The position numbers and the translations under genes were made by a program. Below are positions 50,314-59,873 of a DNA stretch of 64,000 nucleotides, in pieces; the first letter of the stretch is position 1, and each line of letters begins with the position of its first letter. The stretch covers positions 2,897 to 66,896 of the forward strand of contig CAZHGO010000001.1 in NCBI GenBank assembly GCA_964532185.1, in the 5' to 3' direction. This DNA is from an uncultured Candidatus Saccharibacteria bacterium. GTDB lineage: Bacteria; Patescibacteriota; Saccharimonadia; Saccharimonadales; Saccharimonadaceae. The notes below the pieces were generated by a model that saw nothing but the letters and a program-made list of their open reading frames with translations, was not told the DNA's origin and searched no databases.

Positions 50314-51180
50314 TTAATTATTTACACCATGATGCACGGTAGGACTGTCAAAAGATAGAGGCTCAAACACATAGCCATTTTCGTTTCCATATTGGATAAT
50401 TCTTTCTACGGCCTCTACGGAATAAGGCCTAATGTCATGTTGTAAAACTACGTTCGTACCAGGTTTTAAATGCGAAGCTACATTTACATAAACTGTATCA
50501 GAATCCTTAGCCTTGCCTGCATCATCCGAATCTACATTCCAATCAAAATATTGATAACCCCTTGCTTCCACTTCTCGGGTTAGGGTAGTCATGATTCTAG
50601 TGCGGCCATCATAACGTTTAGAAACTAGATTAGAACTCCCACCCGGAAATCTAATTAATTTAGCGTCCTCACCCGTAATATTTTTAACTCTATCCGCAAT
50701 TTGATTAAGATCCGCAAAATAATTATCTACACTAGCATAAACATAGGCATAGTTGTGAGACCAAGTGTGGAGTGCCACCGTATGCCCTTCGTCATATTCA
50801 CGTTTAATCGTAGCATCATCCCCACGCCCAGTCACAAAAAAAGTGGCCTTTACTTCATATTTATCTAAAACATCCAAAAGTGCATTGGTATAATCCCCTG
50901 GACCATCATCAAAAGTTAAATACACTATCCCTACCGCCTCAGCTAATCTCTTAGCATGCTCAGCCTCTCTCTCAGCTTCTTCCTCCGCCAAAATTATCTT
51001 AATATTTTCTTCACAAAAACCACATTCCAAATTTTCTTTGGGGGTTTTTGCCTCTGCCGCAATAATGTCCGACGCCATTAACATAGAAATCAAGAAAAAT
51101 AACGCCACTCCAAGTAGCGTTGAAAGAATGGCCAATGTAGCGATATGAAGTCTAATTTTATTACGACGCCTCATTTCCAT
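50314..51180 (-). CDS. Polysaccharide deacetylase (NodB/CE4)
   Basis: YLTFDDGP, ALHTWSH, RFPGGS and VLQHD. Confidence 0.9.
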   Translation of the reverse strand: MEMRRRNKIRLHIATLAILSTLLGVALFFLISMLMASDIIAAEAKTPKENLECGFCEENIKIILAEEEAEREAEHAKRLAEAVGIVYLTFDDGPGDYTNALLDVLDKYEVKATFFVTGRGDDATIKREYDEGHTVALHTWSHNYAYVYASVDNYFADLNQIADRVKNITGEDAKLIRFPGGSSNLVSKRYDGRTRIMTTLTREVEARGYQYFDWNVDSDDAGKAKDSDTVYVNVASHLKPGTNVVLQHDIRPYSVEAVERIIQYGNENGYVFEPLSFDSPTVHHGVNN

Positions 51181-51226
51181 ACTTTTATTATAACACGGTC
51201 TATGTTAAAATATAACTAGGCACTTT

Positions 51227-51302
51227 AGGGGTGTAGCTCAGTTGGTAGAGCAGCGGTCTCCAAAACCGCGTGTCGTGGGTTCAAGTCCTGCCACCCCTGC
51301 CA
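51227..51302 (+). tRNA. tRNA-Trp (anticodon CCA)
   Basis: Acceptor stem AGGGGTG/CACCCCT, anticodon arm GCGGT-CTCCAAA-ACCGC, TTCAAGT T-loop, encoded CCA. Confidence 0.97.
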
Positions 51303-51346
51303 TTTTTTTATGCCAAAATTAACATAAGTATGATATAATAATATAG

Positions 51347-52570
51347 ATGAAAATACTTATGTTAGGTTGGGAGCTGCCGCCTCACAATAGTGGGGGTCTT
51401 GGTGTTGCCTGCTTAAATATGGCTCACGCGCTTTCTAGTCAAGGCATAGATATCGATTTTGTCGTACCATACGCTGCTGAGCATCCGCATACCAATTTTA
51501 TGCATGTTTTACATGCTACAGATTTAGACCCAATTCACCGTTACGGTGGTGGAGCTTATGCCTCCCTAGACATTCATAAGAAACAGATCCCATCCATAGA
51601 TCACCCAGATATGCTTTCCATCCGTGATATCCAAAAAAGTTATCAAGATTTTGTTAGTGACTATCTCATGGAATTCAAACCAGATTTAGTCCATGCTCAC
51701 GACTGGCTCACCTACGAGGCTGGCATACTAGCAAAAAAGAATTATGGTATTCCACTAATCGCTCATGTTCATGCCACCGAGTATGATCGTGCCGGCATGC
51801 ATACGGGCAACCCTTTAATTCACGAAATCGAGCAGCAGGGGCTAATGATGGCAGACAAAATCATCGCCGTATCAGAAATCACCAAACGCATTGTTCATGA
51901 AAAATATCACATCCCCCTAAATAAAATCGACGTAATTTACAATTCACTAGACGAAGACTATTACAAAAACGGTTACGAATACGACGACAGTATTCATAAA
52001 TACACTACTAGCCTCAAAAAACAAGGTTACACCATCGTTTCTACAGTCGGGCGTTTTACCGTCCAAAAAGGCCTGGAGTTCTTTTTGAATGCCGCCGCCA
52101 AAGCCATCGCTACTAATCCCAAACTTTTGTTTATTTTTGCTGGCGATGGAGAAGAACGCAATCGCTTAATCTCTGAAGCCGCTACGCTCGGCATTTCCGA
52201 AAACGTAGTCTTTACCGGTTTTATTAGAGGCAGAAAACTTCGCGACATTTACACACTTTCCGATATCTTTGTGATGAGCTCCGTATCAGAGCCATTCGGT
52301 CTTACCGCCCTTGAGGCTGCCTATCATAAAGACGCTTTGATTCTCACTAATCAATCTGGCGTATCAGAAATCATCTGGTCTGCCATGAAATATGATTTTT
52401 GGGACGAGAACAAACTTGCCGACGAAATTCTAGCTATCGCCCAAAATCCCGCCCTTAGGAAGACTTTGCAAGAAAATGTCGGCCACGAGTATAACCAAAT
52501 GTCCTGGAGCAAAGTTGCGAAAAAATGTCAGAAGATATATAATAGCATTAACCATAAGGAGATTTGTTGA
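51347..52570 (+). CDS. GT4 family glycosyltransferase (glycogen-synthase-like)
   Basis: MLGWELPPHNSGGLG, HAHDWLT, HVHATEYDR and SEPFGLTALEA. Confidence 0.88.
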   Translation: MKILMLGWELPPHNSGGLGVACLNMAHALSSQGIDIDFVVPYAAEHPHTNFMHVLHATDLDPIHRYGGGAYASLDIHKKQIPSIDHPDMLSIRDIQKSYQDFVSDYLMEFKPDLVHAHDWLTYEAGILAKKNYGIPLIAHVHATEYDRAGMHTGNPLIHEIEQQGLMMADKIIAVSEITKRIVHEKYHIPLNKIDVIYNSLDEDYYKNGYEYDDSIHKYTTSLKKQGYTIVSTVGRFTVQKGLEFFLNAAAKAIATNPKLLFIFAGDGEERNRLISEAATLGISENVVFTGFIRGRKLRDIYTLSDIFVMSSVSEPFGLTALEAAYHKDALILTNQSGVSEIIWSAMKYDFWDENKLADEILAIAQNPALRKTLQENVGHEYNQMSWSKVAKKCQKIYNSINHKEIC

Positions 52571-53775
52571 TGCGCGCGATTTGTCTGTATTTACATATTC
52601 ATCAGCCGCTTCGCTATCGCGAATATCCAATTTTTGATGTTGGCAACAATTCCAATTATTATATCGATGACTATAATGGCCGTCAGTCCAACCAACGCAT
52701 TTTTGAAAAAGTCACTGAAAAATCTTACCGTCCGATGCTAGAATTATTAGAAAAAAAGATGGGGCAACATCCAGATTTTAAAGTCTCCTTCTCTATTACT
52801 GGCACTTGGCTAGAACAAGCCGCCAAATGGGCCCCAGATTTGATCTCTCAAATTCGCCGCATGGTCGCAAAAGGTCAAGCCGAAATCTTAGGCGAAACTT
52901 ATTATCACTCCCTGGCTTTTTTCTATAATCAAGAAGAATTTGAAGACCAAGTAGAGCTCCACGCTGACGTTATCAAAAAAGTTTTTGGCGTCACTCCACG
53001 CGTCTTTAGAAACACCGAACTTGCCTATAACGATGATCTCGCCCGCTGGGCTGAAGAAAAAGGTTATCTTGGTATTTTGGCCGAAGGCTGGGACAAAATA
53101 CTTAAAAATCGCACGCCCAACCGTGTTTATCGTCCTACCGGCTGCGAAAATCTTAAACTATTGCTCAAAAATTACCGTCTATCTGATGATATTGCTTTTA
53201 GATTTTCTAATCAAAGCTGGAAAGAATGGCCTTTAACGGTAGAAAAATACCAAAACTGGCTAGATATGGACTGTCTCAATGGCAATCTCATTAATTTATT
53301 TATGGATTTTGAAACCTTTGGCGAACATCAATGGAAAGACACCGGCATTTTTGAATTTATGGATAGTTTTATTGATTCCTGGCTTTCCGAATACGAAAAT
53401 AAATTTGTTACTGTTTCCGAAGCCTGCAATCTCATGACGCCAGACGGCGAAATCTCCATGCCCGAAACCGTTACCTGGGCGGATACCGAGCGCGATTTAT
53501 CAGCCTGGCTCTCTAATGATATGCAAAAAACCGCCATGAAGGATATATATAATATACGGTCAGATATTCTAGATACCAACGACTCTAAATTGATTGCCGA
53601 TTGGCGCCATCTTACCACTTCCGACCATCCGTATTCTATGTGCACCAAATACTGGCACGATGGCGACGTCCACGCCTACTTCTCGGCTTACGCTTCACCA
53701 TACGAATCATTTATGTATTTTATGAATGTGCTAAGAGATATAGAATATCGCTTAAGTCTCATCCAAAATCAATAA
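52570..53775 (+). CDS. Glycoside hydrolase family 57
   Basis: HIHQP, ETYYHSL, FRNTEL and MDFETFGEH; TGATG overlap with the GT4 gene. Confidence 0.9.
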   Translation: MRAICLYLHIHQPLRYREYPIFDVGNNSNYYIDDYNGRQSNQRIFEKVTEKSYRPMLELLEKKMGQHPDFKVSFSITGTWLEQAAKWAPDLISQIRRMVAKGQAEILGETYYHSLAFFYNQEEFEDQVELHADVIKKVFGVTPRVFRNTELAYNDDLARWAEEKGYLGILAEGWDKILKNRTPNRVYRPTGCENLKLLLKNYRLSDDIAFRFSNQSWKEWPLTVEKYQNWLDMDCLNGNLINLFMDFETFGEHQWKDTGIFEFMDSFIDSWLSEYENKFVTVSEACNLMTPDGEISMPETVTWADTERDLSAWLSNDMQKTAMKDIYNIRSDILDTNDSKLIADWRHLTTSDHPYSMCTKYWHDGDVHAYFSAYASPYESFMYFMNVLRDIEYRLSLIQNQ

Positions 53776-53817
53776 AATCTATTGCATATATCATAGTCTT
53801 CATGCTATAATTAAATC

Positions 53818-55993
53818 ATGCTTAAGGTTGTGCATTTTCTGGAACAGCTGAGAACCTATATATATATATATATATATAGGATTTGCACTCCTTTTTTCGA
53901 TTCTTTTGGTAATTCTTGCAACTAATTCTGCCGCTTTTGCCACTGATATAGAAACCAGTGTCACTATTAAGCCTAGCCTTAGTCTGAATATCCCCACTAA
54001 TACTATCATCATGAACCTAGATCCATCCAATCATACTTTTGATGAAAAAGATTTAACTATTAAAGTAGGTACTAATAATCTCTATGGCTATAAGCTATTT
54101 GTTAATACCATTAATGGTACTAGTGATACTAATCTAGTTAACATAGCAGACAATACTAAGACTATTCCTAATCTTTCTACTTCTACTACTGTATCAGATT
54201 TTCCAGTTAATCAATGGGGCTATAGATTCACTCCTAATGCTACCTCGTCTTCTGGTAACTATGGAGTCTTTACTCCAAGTGATTCTACTCCCATTATGGA
54301 ATCTACTGAGCCAGTGAATGAGGATACTGCTACTATGGGCTTTGCTGCTAAAATAGACTACAACAAACCAGCAGGACAATATGAACTAAACTTAAACTTT
54401 AAAGCTCTACCTATTGTTACTACTAACTATATGCAAGACATTGCAAGCGATCCTACACTTGCTAATACTATTTGTACTGAAGAACCTACTGTAGTGATAG
54501 ACAAACGTGATGAACAGGCCTATACCATTAGAAGGATTAATGGTACTTGTTGGATGGTGGAGAATTTGCAGTTTACTGGTACTACTATGGATAGTACTAC
54601 TACCAATATTGCGCCTGAGTATACGCCACAGAATCCGTATAGAGTGAACAGTGGGGATGGGTATTATGATTCAGAAAGTGACGGGGCAGACGATAATAGA
54701 TGTGGTGCAATGAGTACGGGTAGCACTGGCAGTGGTAATGGTTTTTCATATGCTTGTATACACAAAGGAGATATATCCACCTCCAGAAGCCCAATTACTG
54801 AAAGTTCTACTTCTACCAACATTTCTACTGTTTGGTATAATTACGCTGCAGCTTCTGCCGGGACAATAACTGGCATCTATAATACAAATCCACAAATTTA
54901 TGATATATGTCCAGCTGGTTGGGAATTGCCAGCAAGGATAGATTTTGATAGTGTTATTAATAACGTTTCTGAATTTAATCCTGTTGGTGGTGGAGGATAC
55001 CAACACGGATCATTAGATGCTACCAATGGTGGATATTGGTGGGATAGCAACGCCTATATCGATCATGGCGGTGAGGGATATAGAGGAATGAATCGTTATC
55101 GATTAGGTTGGGATTCTACTAATGACACTTTTGATTCTGGGCATGTATCCGGCAATAGGGGTATATGGAGCTTCTATGTCCGTTGCGTAATGAAAGAAAC
55201 TGGTATCGACAATCTTACCTACATGCAAGATTTTGCTAAGTTGAATGAAAGTGGGAATGCGGTGAAGAAGCAGCAAGTGATAAATTCTATGACCGAAAAT
55301 GAGACATATACATTAGCTGATATTAGAGATAATGCTTCATATACCTTTAGAAAACTAGGCACTGGAGATATTTGGATGGCGGAAAATCTTAAGCTCGGAT
55401 ATAACAGCAACAATCCAAATACTACCGCTCTTGACCTCAATCCTACCAATACCAATATTACCGCCAATAAAACACTCACATTATATGACGCAGTGACTTA
55501 TGGAGGAACTAGTAGCTATTGTTATGGCACCTATACTAATAGCGGCACTTCTGGAAGCGGAGACGGTTATACATACCTATGTATGCATAGTGGAACCATA
55601 GACGCAGAATACACTATGGACAATATAAGTAAAACTACAGTTTGGTATAATTATTCTGCCGCCACCGCTGGCACTATCGTAGGCGCAGGCAACACCACTA
55701 TAGCTACCGAAGATATTTGCCCAGCCGGATGGAAACTACCTAATTATGCAGAAGGAGAAAGTCTCGTCGGAACAACCTATGCCACCGCTACAACATTTAA
55801 TCCCGCCTTTGATGGGTATTACACCAACGGAAATATCAGCCACGGGTATGGTATTTGGTGGGGAACCTGGGCATATAATGGTGTACGGCGTGGTCGCCCA
55901 TATGTATATAAGTCTGACGGAGTCAATACAATAAGTATAGAAGCAGGCACTCCACAATATATGGCGTGCAGCATCCGCTGCGTCGCCAAATAA
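53818..55993 (+). CDS. Secreted WxL/pilin-like + tandem FISUMP-like protein (FISUMP-2), frameshifted at the (TA)n tract (putative phase OFF)
   Basis: The ATG 53818 frame stops at 53925. The downstream frame (ORF track 53906-55993) has the rest of the signal peptide, KIDYNKPAGQYEL and two CWMVENL/WMAENL...WYNY...ICPAGW...RCV modules. Confidence 0.8.
53855..53880. repeat. (TA)11 microsatellite (CC(TA)11GG, a perfect 26-bp palindrome) in signal-peptide codons
   Basis: Eleven TA units counted at 53857-53878. Confidence 0.92.
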
Positions 55994-56082
55994 AGACTTA
56001 ACTAGCAGGACACAAATCGGAGAATGAGCAAACAACAAAACTCACGACGAAGCTAGATGTCTCAATAATTATAATTAAGTTT

Positions 56083-56292
56083 CTACCGTTTCTTCTCTTT
56101 TACTTCGTTCCGCCCCAGATTCTTCTTTGTCTCCACAAAAAGCACATGCTTCCTCAAAACCGGATCATATTTCTTGAGCGAAAGCTTATCTGGAGTATTC
56201 ATGGTATTTTTCTTAGTATAATAAGCACGAACACCAGACTCTTCAGACACAAGCCCAACCAATTTTCTCTTAGTATTATTCTTCTTTGCCAT
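56083..56292 (-). CDS. rpmG: 50S ribosomal protein L33 with basic C-terminal extension
   Basis: YYTKKN...[19 protein letters not shown]. Likely start ATG 56292. Confidence 0.93.
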   Translation of the reverse strand: MAKKNNTKRKLVGLVSEESGVRAYYTKKNTMNTPDKLSLKKYDPVLRKHVLFVETKKNLGRNEVKEKKR

Positions 56293-56348
56293 AATTATAT
56301 ATAATCTTACCACAAATCTCCTAAAATTTCAAGAGTAAAATTAGAGAA

Positions 56349-56374
56349 GAAAAAGGACCTCACTTAGAGGTCCT
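56349..56374 (-). terminator. Intrinsic terminator
   Basis: Minus strand AGGACCTC-TAAGT-GAGGTCCT-TTTT. Confidence 0.8.
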
Positions 56375-56384
56375 AATAAAACGT

Positions 56385-56549
56385 TTAAAAGCCTTGAAAC
56401 CGCTCCATTAGCGAGAAGCCTGCTCCGCAAGAAAGCATATGAATATTTCTTTCGATCTCCGAAGTAAAAGGTCTGCCACATCTTGGACAGCTCCATGTAA
56501 TATGTCGAATCTTAGACCATATCTTCAGGTTACGCTTAATGTTAAGCAC
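56385..56549 (-). CDS. Small (54 aa) CxxC protein, not in ORF track
   Basis: GTG start behind GAAAGGGGGTGG; MLNIKRNLKIWSKIRHITWSCPRCGRPFTSEIERNIHMLSCGAGFSLMERFQGF*; followed by a terminator. Confidence 0.6.
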   Translation of the reverse strand: MLNIKRNLKIWSKIRHITWSCPRCGRPFTSEIERNIHMLSCGAGFSLMERFQGF

Positions 56550-56598
56550 TTTAACCACCCCCTTTCAAAGACTTTTTTAAGGTACTGGCAGTATTTTA

Positions 56599-59500
56599 CT
56601 ATTTTTCCTCAAACTTTGCAAGCAAAAGCTTTATGAAGGCCTTAATTTCCTTTAGTCCAAATTCCTTATTTGCCGGCATCATCACCTCTGAATCGTCCAA
56701 AAACTTAAGATCAGTAATCTGATAATACACCGCCTGCATCAAACTCCTCAGCTCATTTTCATCATTGTCGTTAAATTCATAAACTTTATCATAAACTTCG
56801 CCATCCTGGTCGGGCTTCACAAACAAAATATGCGCCCTCTCTATCTTGTACTTAGCATAAGTTGGCGAATTGTTGAGTAGCAACTTATAAAAGCATAGTT
56901 GCAACATATTCTTGTAGAGTGTCGGGTGAGATTGCCACTTCTCTTTATGAAACTTCCCCGTCTTAAAATCATAAATCTCAATCTTTTTATTTTCTTCGTC
57001 AATCAAAATATGGTCAATTTTACCCGTTACCGGCACACCATCAATCGCCAAATGCTCAAAACCAAGATTTACCTCTGCTTTGCCCTGGCGAATCACATTA
57101 GAAAAGACTTTGAGAGGCACCAAAATCTCTTCCGGCCCCTTTTCTCTAATTCTATCCTTAATTTCCTGTGGCAAATCTTTCTTTTCTAACTCCGAAAGAT
57201 AAAACTCTATTGCCGCCTCATCTGAAATCCCCGTGTTAGCCACTTGCTCAAACGTGGCATGCGCCAAGTTCCCCAGCGCCAAAAACTCATCTTCCGGCTC
57301 TTGTTCACCTCTTAGTACCTGCTTTTTAAAAAACTCCTCTGGCCCCGCATTTACAATATCAATAAAAGACGTCAACGCAGATGCACTCATCCTCCAACCA
57401 TTAATCCGCTCTAAATATATTGCCCGCATATCTGGAGTAGACTCGATAAACGGTGTCAAATAATTTTTCAGTGACTTCGCCGACCTCTGATTTGCGGAAA
57501 GTAGAAAGGCGCTTTTATCTTCGTCTTTAATGGCTGCAATATCCGCATCTGAATATCCCAACCACACGTTTTTGGAAGGTAGATATGGTGAAATCACCTC
57601 CATCCCACCATCAGGCAGTTTTTCTACTCTCTCGTCAAAATATTCTAGCCGCTCAGGCGATTTGCCAGCAAAATCATGCAAAGAATTAGTGATATAGAGG
57701 AACTTCTTGGCCCTAGTCAACGCCACATACAGCACCCGAATTCTCTCACCATCTGTAATACCAGTATGACGAATATGTACCAAATTCTTCGGCAACGTCA
57801 AGAAATTATTGTTTCCCTTACCCCTCCCCCAACAAGAATGATCTGCCGAGACTACAAACACATATTCAAACTCCAACCCCTTAGCTTTATGCGCTGACAA
57901 CACCTGTACTGCCTCATCCGCATCTCGATAAGGACTCGTGGTATTAAGCGCCATCTCCGCTGCCTCATAGTCATCCACCATCTCTACTAAGTCTCGCACT
58001 CTCAAAGGTTTTTCGCCACAATGTTTAATTAATTTTGCCCTAAGCGAAGCCAAATTTTCATAGAACTTAAACATTTCATAAGATTCCATACCCTCTACAT
58101 GCATCTTTCCAGCAATCTCATTCAAAATCACTTCAAGCGGCGTGTTAAAGGCTTTACCCACCAAATCAGACAAAAACTCCATTACACTGCGGATATTTTC
58201 ACTTACTTCCGCATTCAAAAGGTAATCAAACACCGCTTTGTGTGCTTCTCTCGCTTCCGCTGTCAACTTCACCACCTCTATCATCGGCAAACCCCACCAA
58301 TCATAAGAAAAAACCTCTAGCATTGATACCGTTGGTTTCTTTTCTCTAGCAACCTCATCTATCAGTCTTGCAATCATCAAAATCTGATGAATTTTATCAT
58401 CCTCAAATAAATTATCTCGCCTTTCGTAGGCAATTTTGATCTCTGGATGAGACTTAAGATAAGGCAAAAGCGGCATAAAATATTTATGTTTACCAGAAAT
58501 AATCGCAATTTCGGACTGATTTACCCCAGATTTAACTAATTCTGCAATCTTGTCTGCAATATAATTATATTCTTGGTCCGAAGACAAAAACTCCAGCCGA
58601 TAAATCTGCGATTTCTTTGGTGCCGGTCTGTGCGCAGTTAACGGCTTATCATTCACAAAACGGTTCGGCGCCTGGTCGATAATCTGTTTAGAAAAATCCA
58701 AAATCTCTTGTGTAGAACGGTAATTTTCGGTTAGCGCCACTACATGCGCTCCATAATATTCCTGAAAATCCGACAAATTAGTCGAATTTGCTCCCTGGAA
58801 CTCGTAAATCGCCTGGTCGTCATCCCCCACCGCCATAATCATAGGCTTTTCATAATCCGTAATTTGCTTAACAATGGCCAGCTGCGAAGGGTTGGTATCC
58901 TGGAATTCATCCAGCATGATGAACTGATATCGCTCTTCCAAAGTTTCTTTAAAGCCCAGGTCTTCTTTCAAAATCCTCCCCGCTTCAATAATCATATCAT
59001 CAAAGTCGCATAGTCCATTATCTGACAAATACTTTTGATATTTTTCCATCACCACCGCCAGCGAGGCCAGTTTTTTGTTAGCTACTCTATCCGCCAACCG
59101 ATATCCACCTTTACCATCTTTCTCAAAATAAGTGTCCTTCCAATCAGACAAAGGTTTAATCTTCTCAGAAGCCTGCGCTTCAAGAATTGCTTGTTTCAAA
59201 TCTCGGCTCATCCCCGCAATCGAACGCTCTACCCCTGGCAAAATCGGCTCGGCTTCCTCATATTCCTTCAAAATCTCATAAATCGGCGCGTAGGCATTAT
59301 TATAAGACTCTTCAAACTTCCTCGGCACAATATTTTGCAAAAAAGACGAAATCACCGAAGATAGCACCTCAGAATCCTCTGCATTCTGCTTGGCCACTTT
59401 AGCTAAATCTTGAGCCGAAAGTCCCGCCGATTTGGCCTCCGAGATCACACTCAAAATATCTTTTACCTTATCCCCACTCAGAATATCCTTAGCGGATAAA

Positions 59501-59871
59501 CCATCCCGAATTTCCTTTACTATCTTAAATTGCGTTACCTCGTCAATCGCCCCATCCGTCACTTTAGCGTATTCCGGCGAATAATTACCATACTGCGCCA
59601 AAATATTTTGCCCAAAAGAATGATAAGTGCCAATATTTACCTTCATTGCATCTTTACCGATAGTAGATTTTAGCCGCTCTCGCATATTAAAGGCTCCGGA
59701 TTCGGTAAAAGTTAAACATAAAATATTCTCTGGGTTGGTATCAGTATTTTTAAGAATATAAGCCACTTTTTCAGATAAAAGTTGAGTTTTACCAGTCCCT
59801 GGCCCTGCCAAAACCAAAAGTGGGCCCTCTAGATATTCCACCGCTTCTTTTTGCTTAGGATTTAATTCCAT
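56599..59871 (-). CDS. UvrD/AddA-like ATP-dependent helicase with C-terminal PD-(D/E)XK nuclease
   Basis: AGPGTGKT, LDEFQDTN, GDDDQAIYEF, SAHKAKGLEF, LYVALTRAK and GKIDHI...IYDFKTG. Likely start ATG 59871. Confidence 0.92.
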   Translation of the reverse strand: MELNPKQKEAVEYLEGPLLVLAGPGTGKTQLLSEKVAYILKNTDTNPENILCLTFTESGAFNMRERLKSTIGKDAMKVNIGTYHSFGQNILAQYGNYSPEYAKVTDGAIDEVTQFKIVKEIRDGLSAKDILSGDKVKDILSVISEAKSAGLSAQDLAKVAKQNAEDSEVLSSVISSFLQNIVPRKFEESYNNAYAPIYEILKEYEEAEPILPGVERSIAGMSRDLKQAILEAQASEKIKPLSDWKDTYFEKDGKGGYRLADRVANKKLASLAVVMEKYQKYLSDNGLCDFDDMIIEAGRILKEDLGFKETLEERYQFIMLDEFQDTNPSQLAIVKQITDYEKPMIMAVGDDDQAIYEFQGANSTNLSDFQEYYGAHVVALTENYRSTQEILDFSKQIIDQAPNRFVNDKPLTAHRPAPKKSQIYRLEFLSSDQEYNYIADKIAELVKSGVNQSEIAIISGKHKYFMPLLPYLKSHPEIKIAYERRDNLFEDDKIHQILMIARLIDEVAREKKPTVSMLEVFSYDWWGLPMIEVVKLTAEAREAHKAVFDYLLNAEVSENIRSVMEFLSDLVGKAFNTPLEVILNEIAGKMHVEGMESYEMFKFYENLASLRAKLIKHCGEKPLRVRDLVEMVDDYEAAEMALNTTSPYRDADEAVQVLSAHKAKGLEFEYVFVVSADHSCWGRGKGNNNFLTLPKNLVHIRHTGITDGERIRVLYVALTRAKKFLYITNSLHDFAGKSPERLEYFDERVEKLPDGGMEVISPYLPSKNVWLGYSDADIAAIKDEDKSAFLLSANQRSAKSLKNYLTPFIESTPDMRAIYLERINGWRMSASALTSFIDIVNAGPEEFFKKQVLRGEQEPEDEFLALGNLAHATFEQVANTGISDEAAIEFYLSELEKKDLPQEIKDRIREKGPEEILVPLKVFSNVIRQGKAEVNLGFEHLAIDGVPVTGKIDHILIDEENKKIEIYDFKTGKFHKEKWQSHPTLYKNMLQLCFYKLLLNNSPTYAKYKIERAHILFVKPDQDGEVYDKVYEFNDNDENELRSLMQAVYYQITDLKFLDDSEVMMPANKEFGLKEIKAFIKLLLAKFEEK

Positions 59872-59873
59872 TG

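Noticed and set aside
56028-56078. Possible remnant FISUMP C-terminus or template repeat (ANNKTHDEARCLNNYN*) after FISUMP-2
   Set aside because: Only the RCL motif resembles the family; non-adenine positions do not match either gene's 3' end; too short to support.
23617-56083. Diversity-generating retroelement targeting the FISUMP genes
   Set aside because: FISUMP domains are known DGR targets, but there is no reverse transcriptase and no template repeat differing only at adenines in this window. A remote DGR elsewhere in the genome cannot be excluded.
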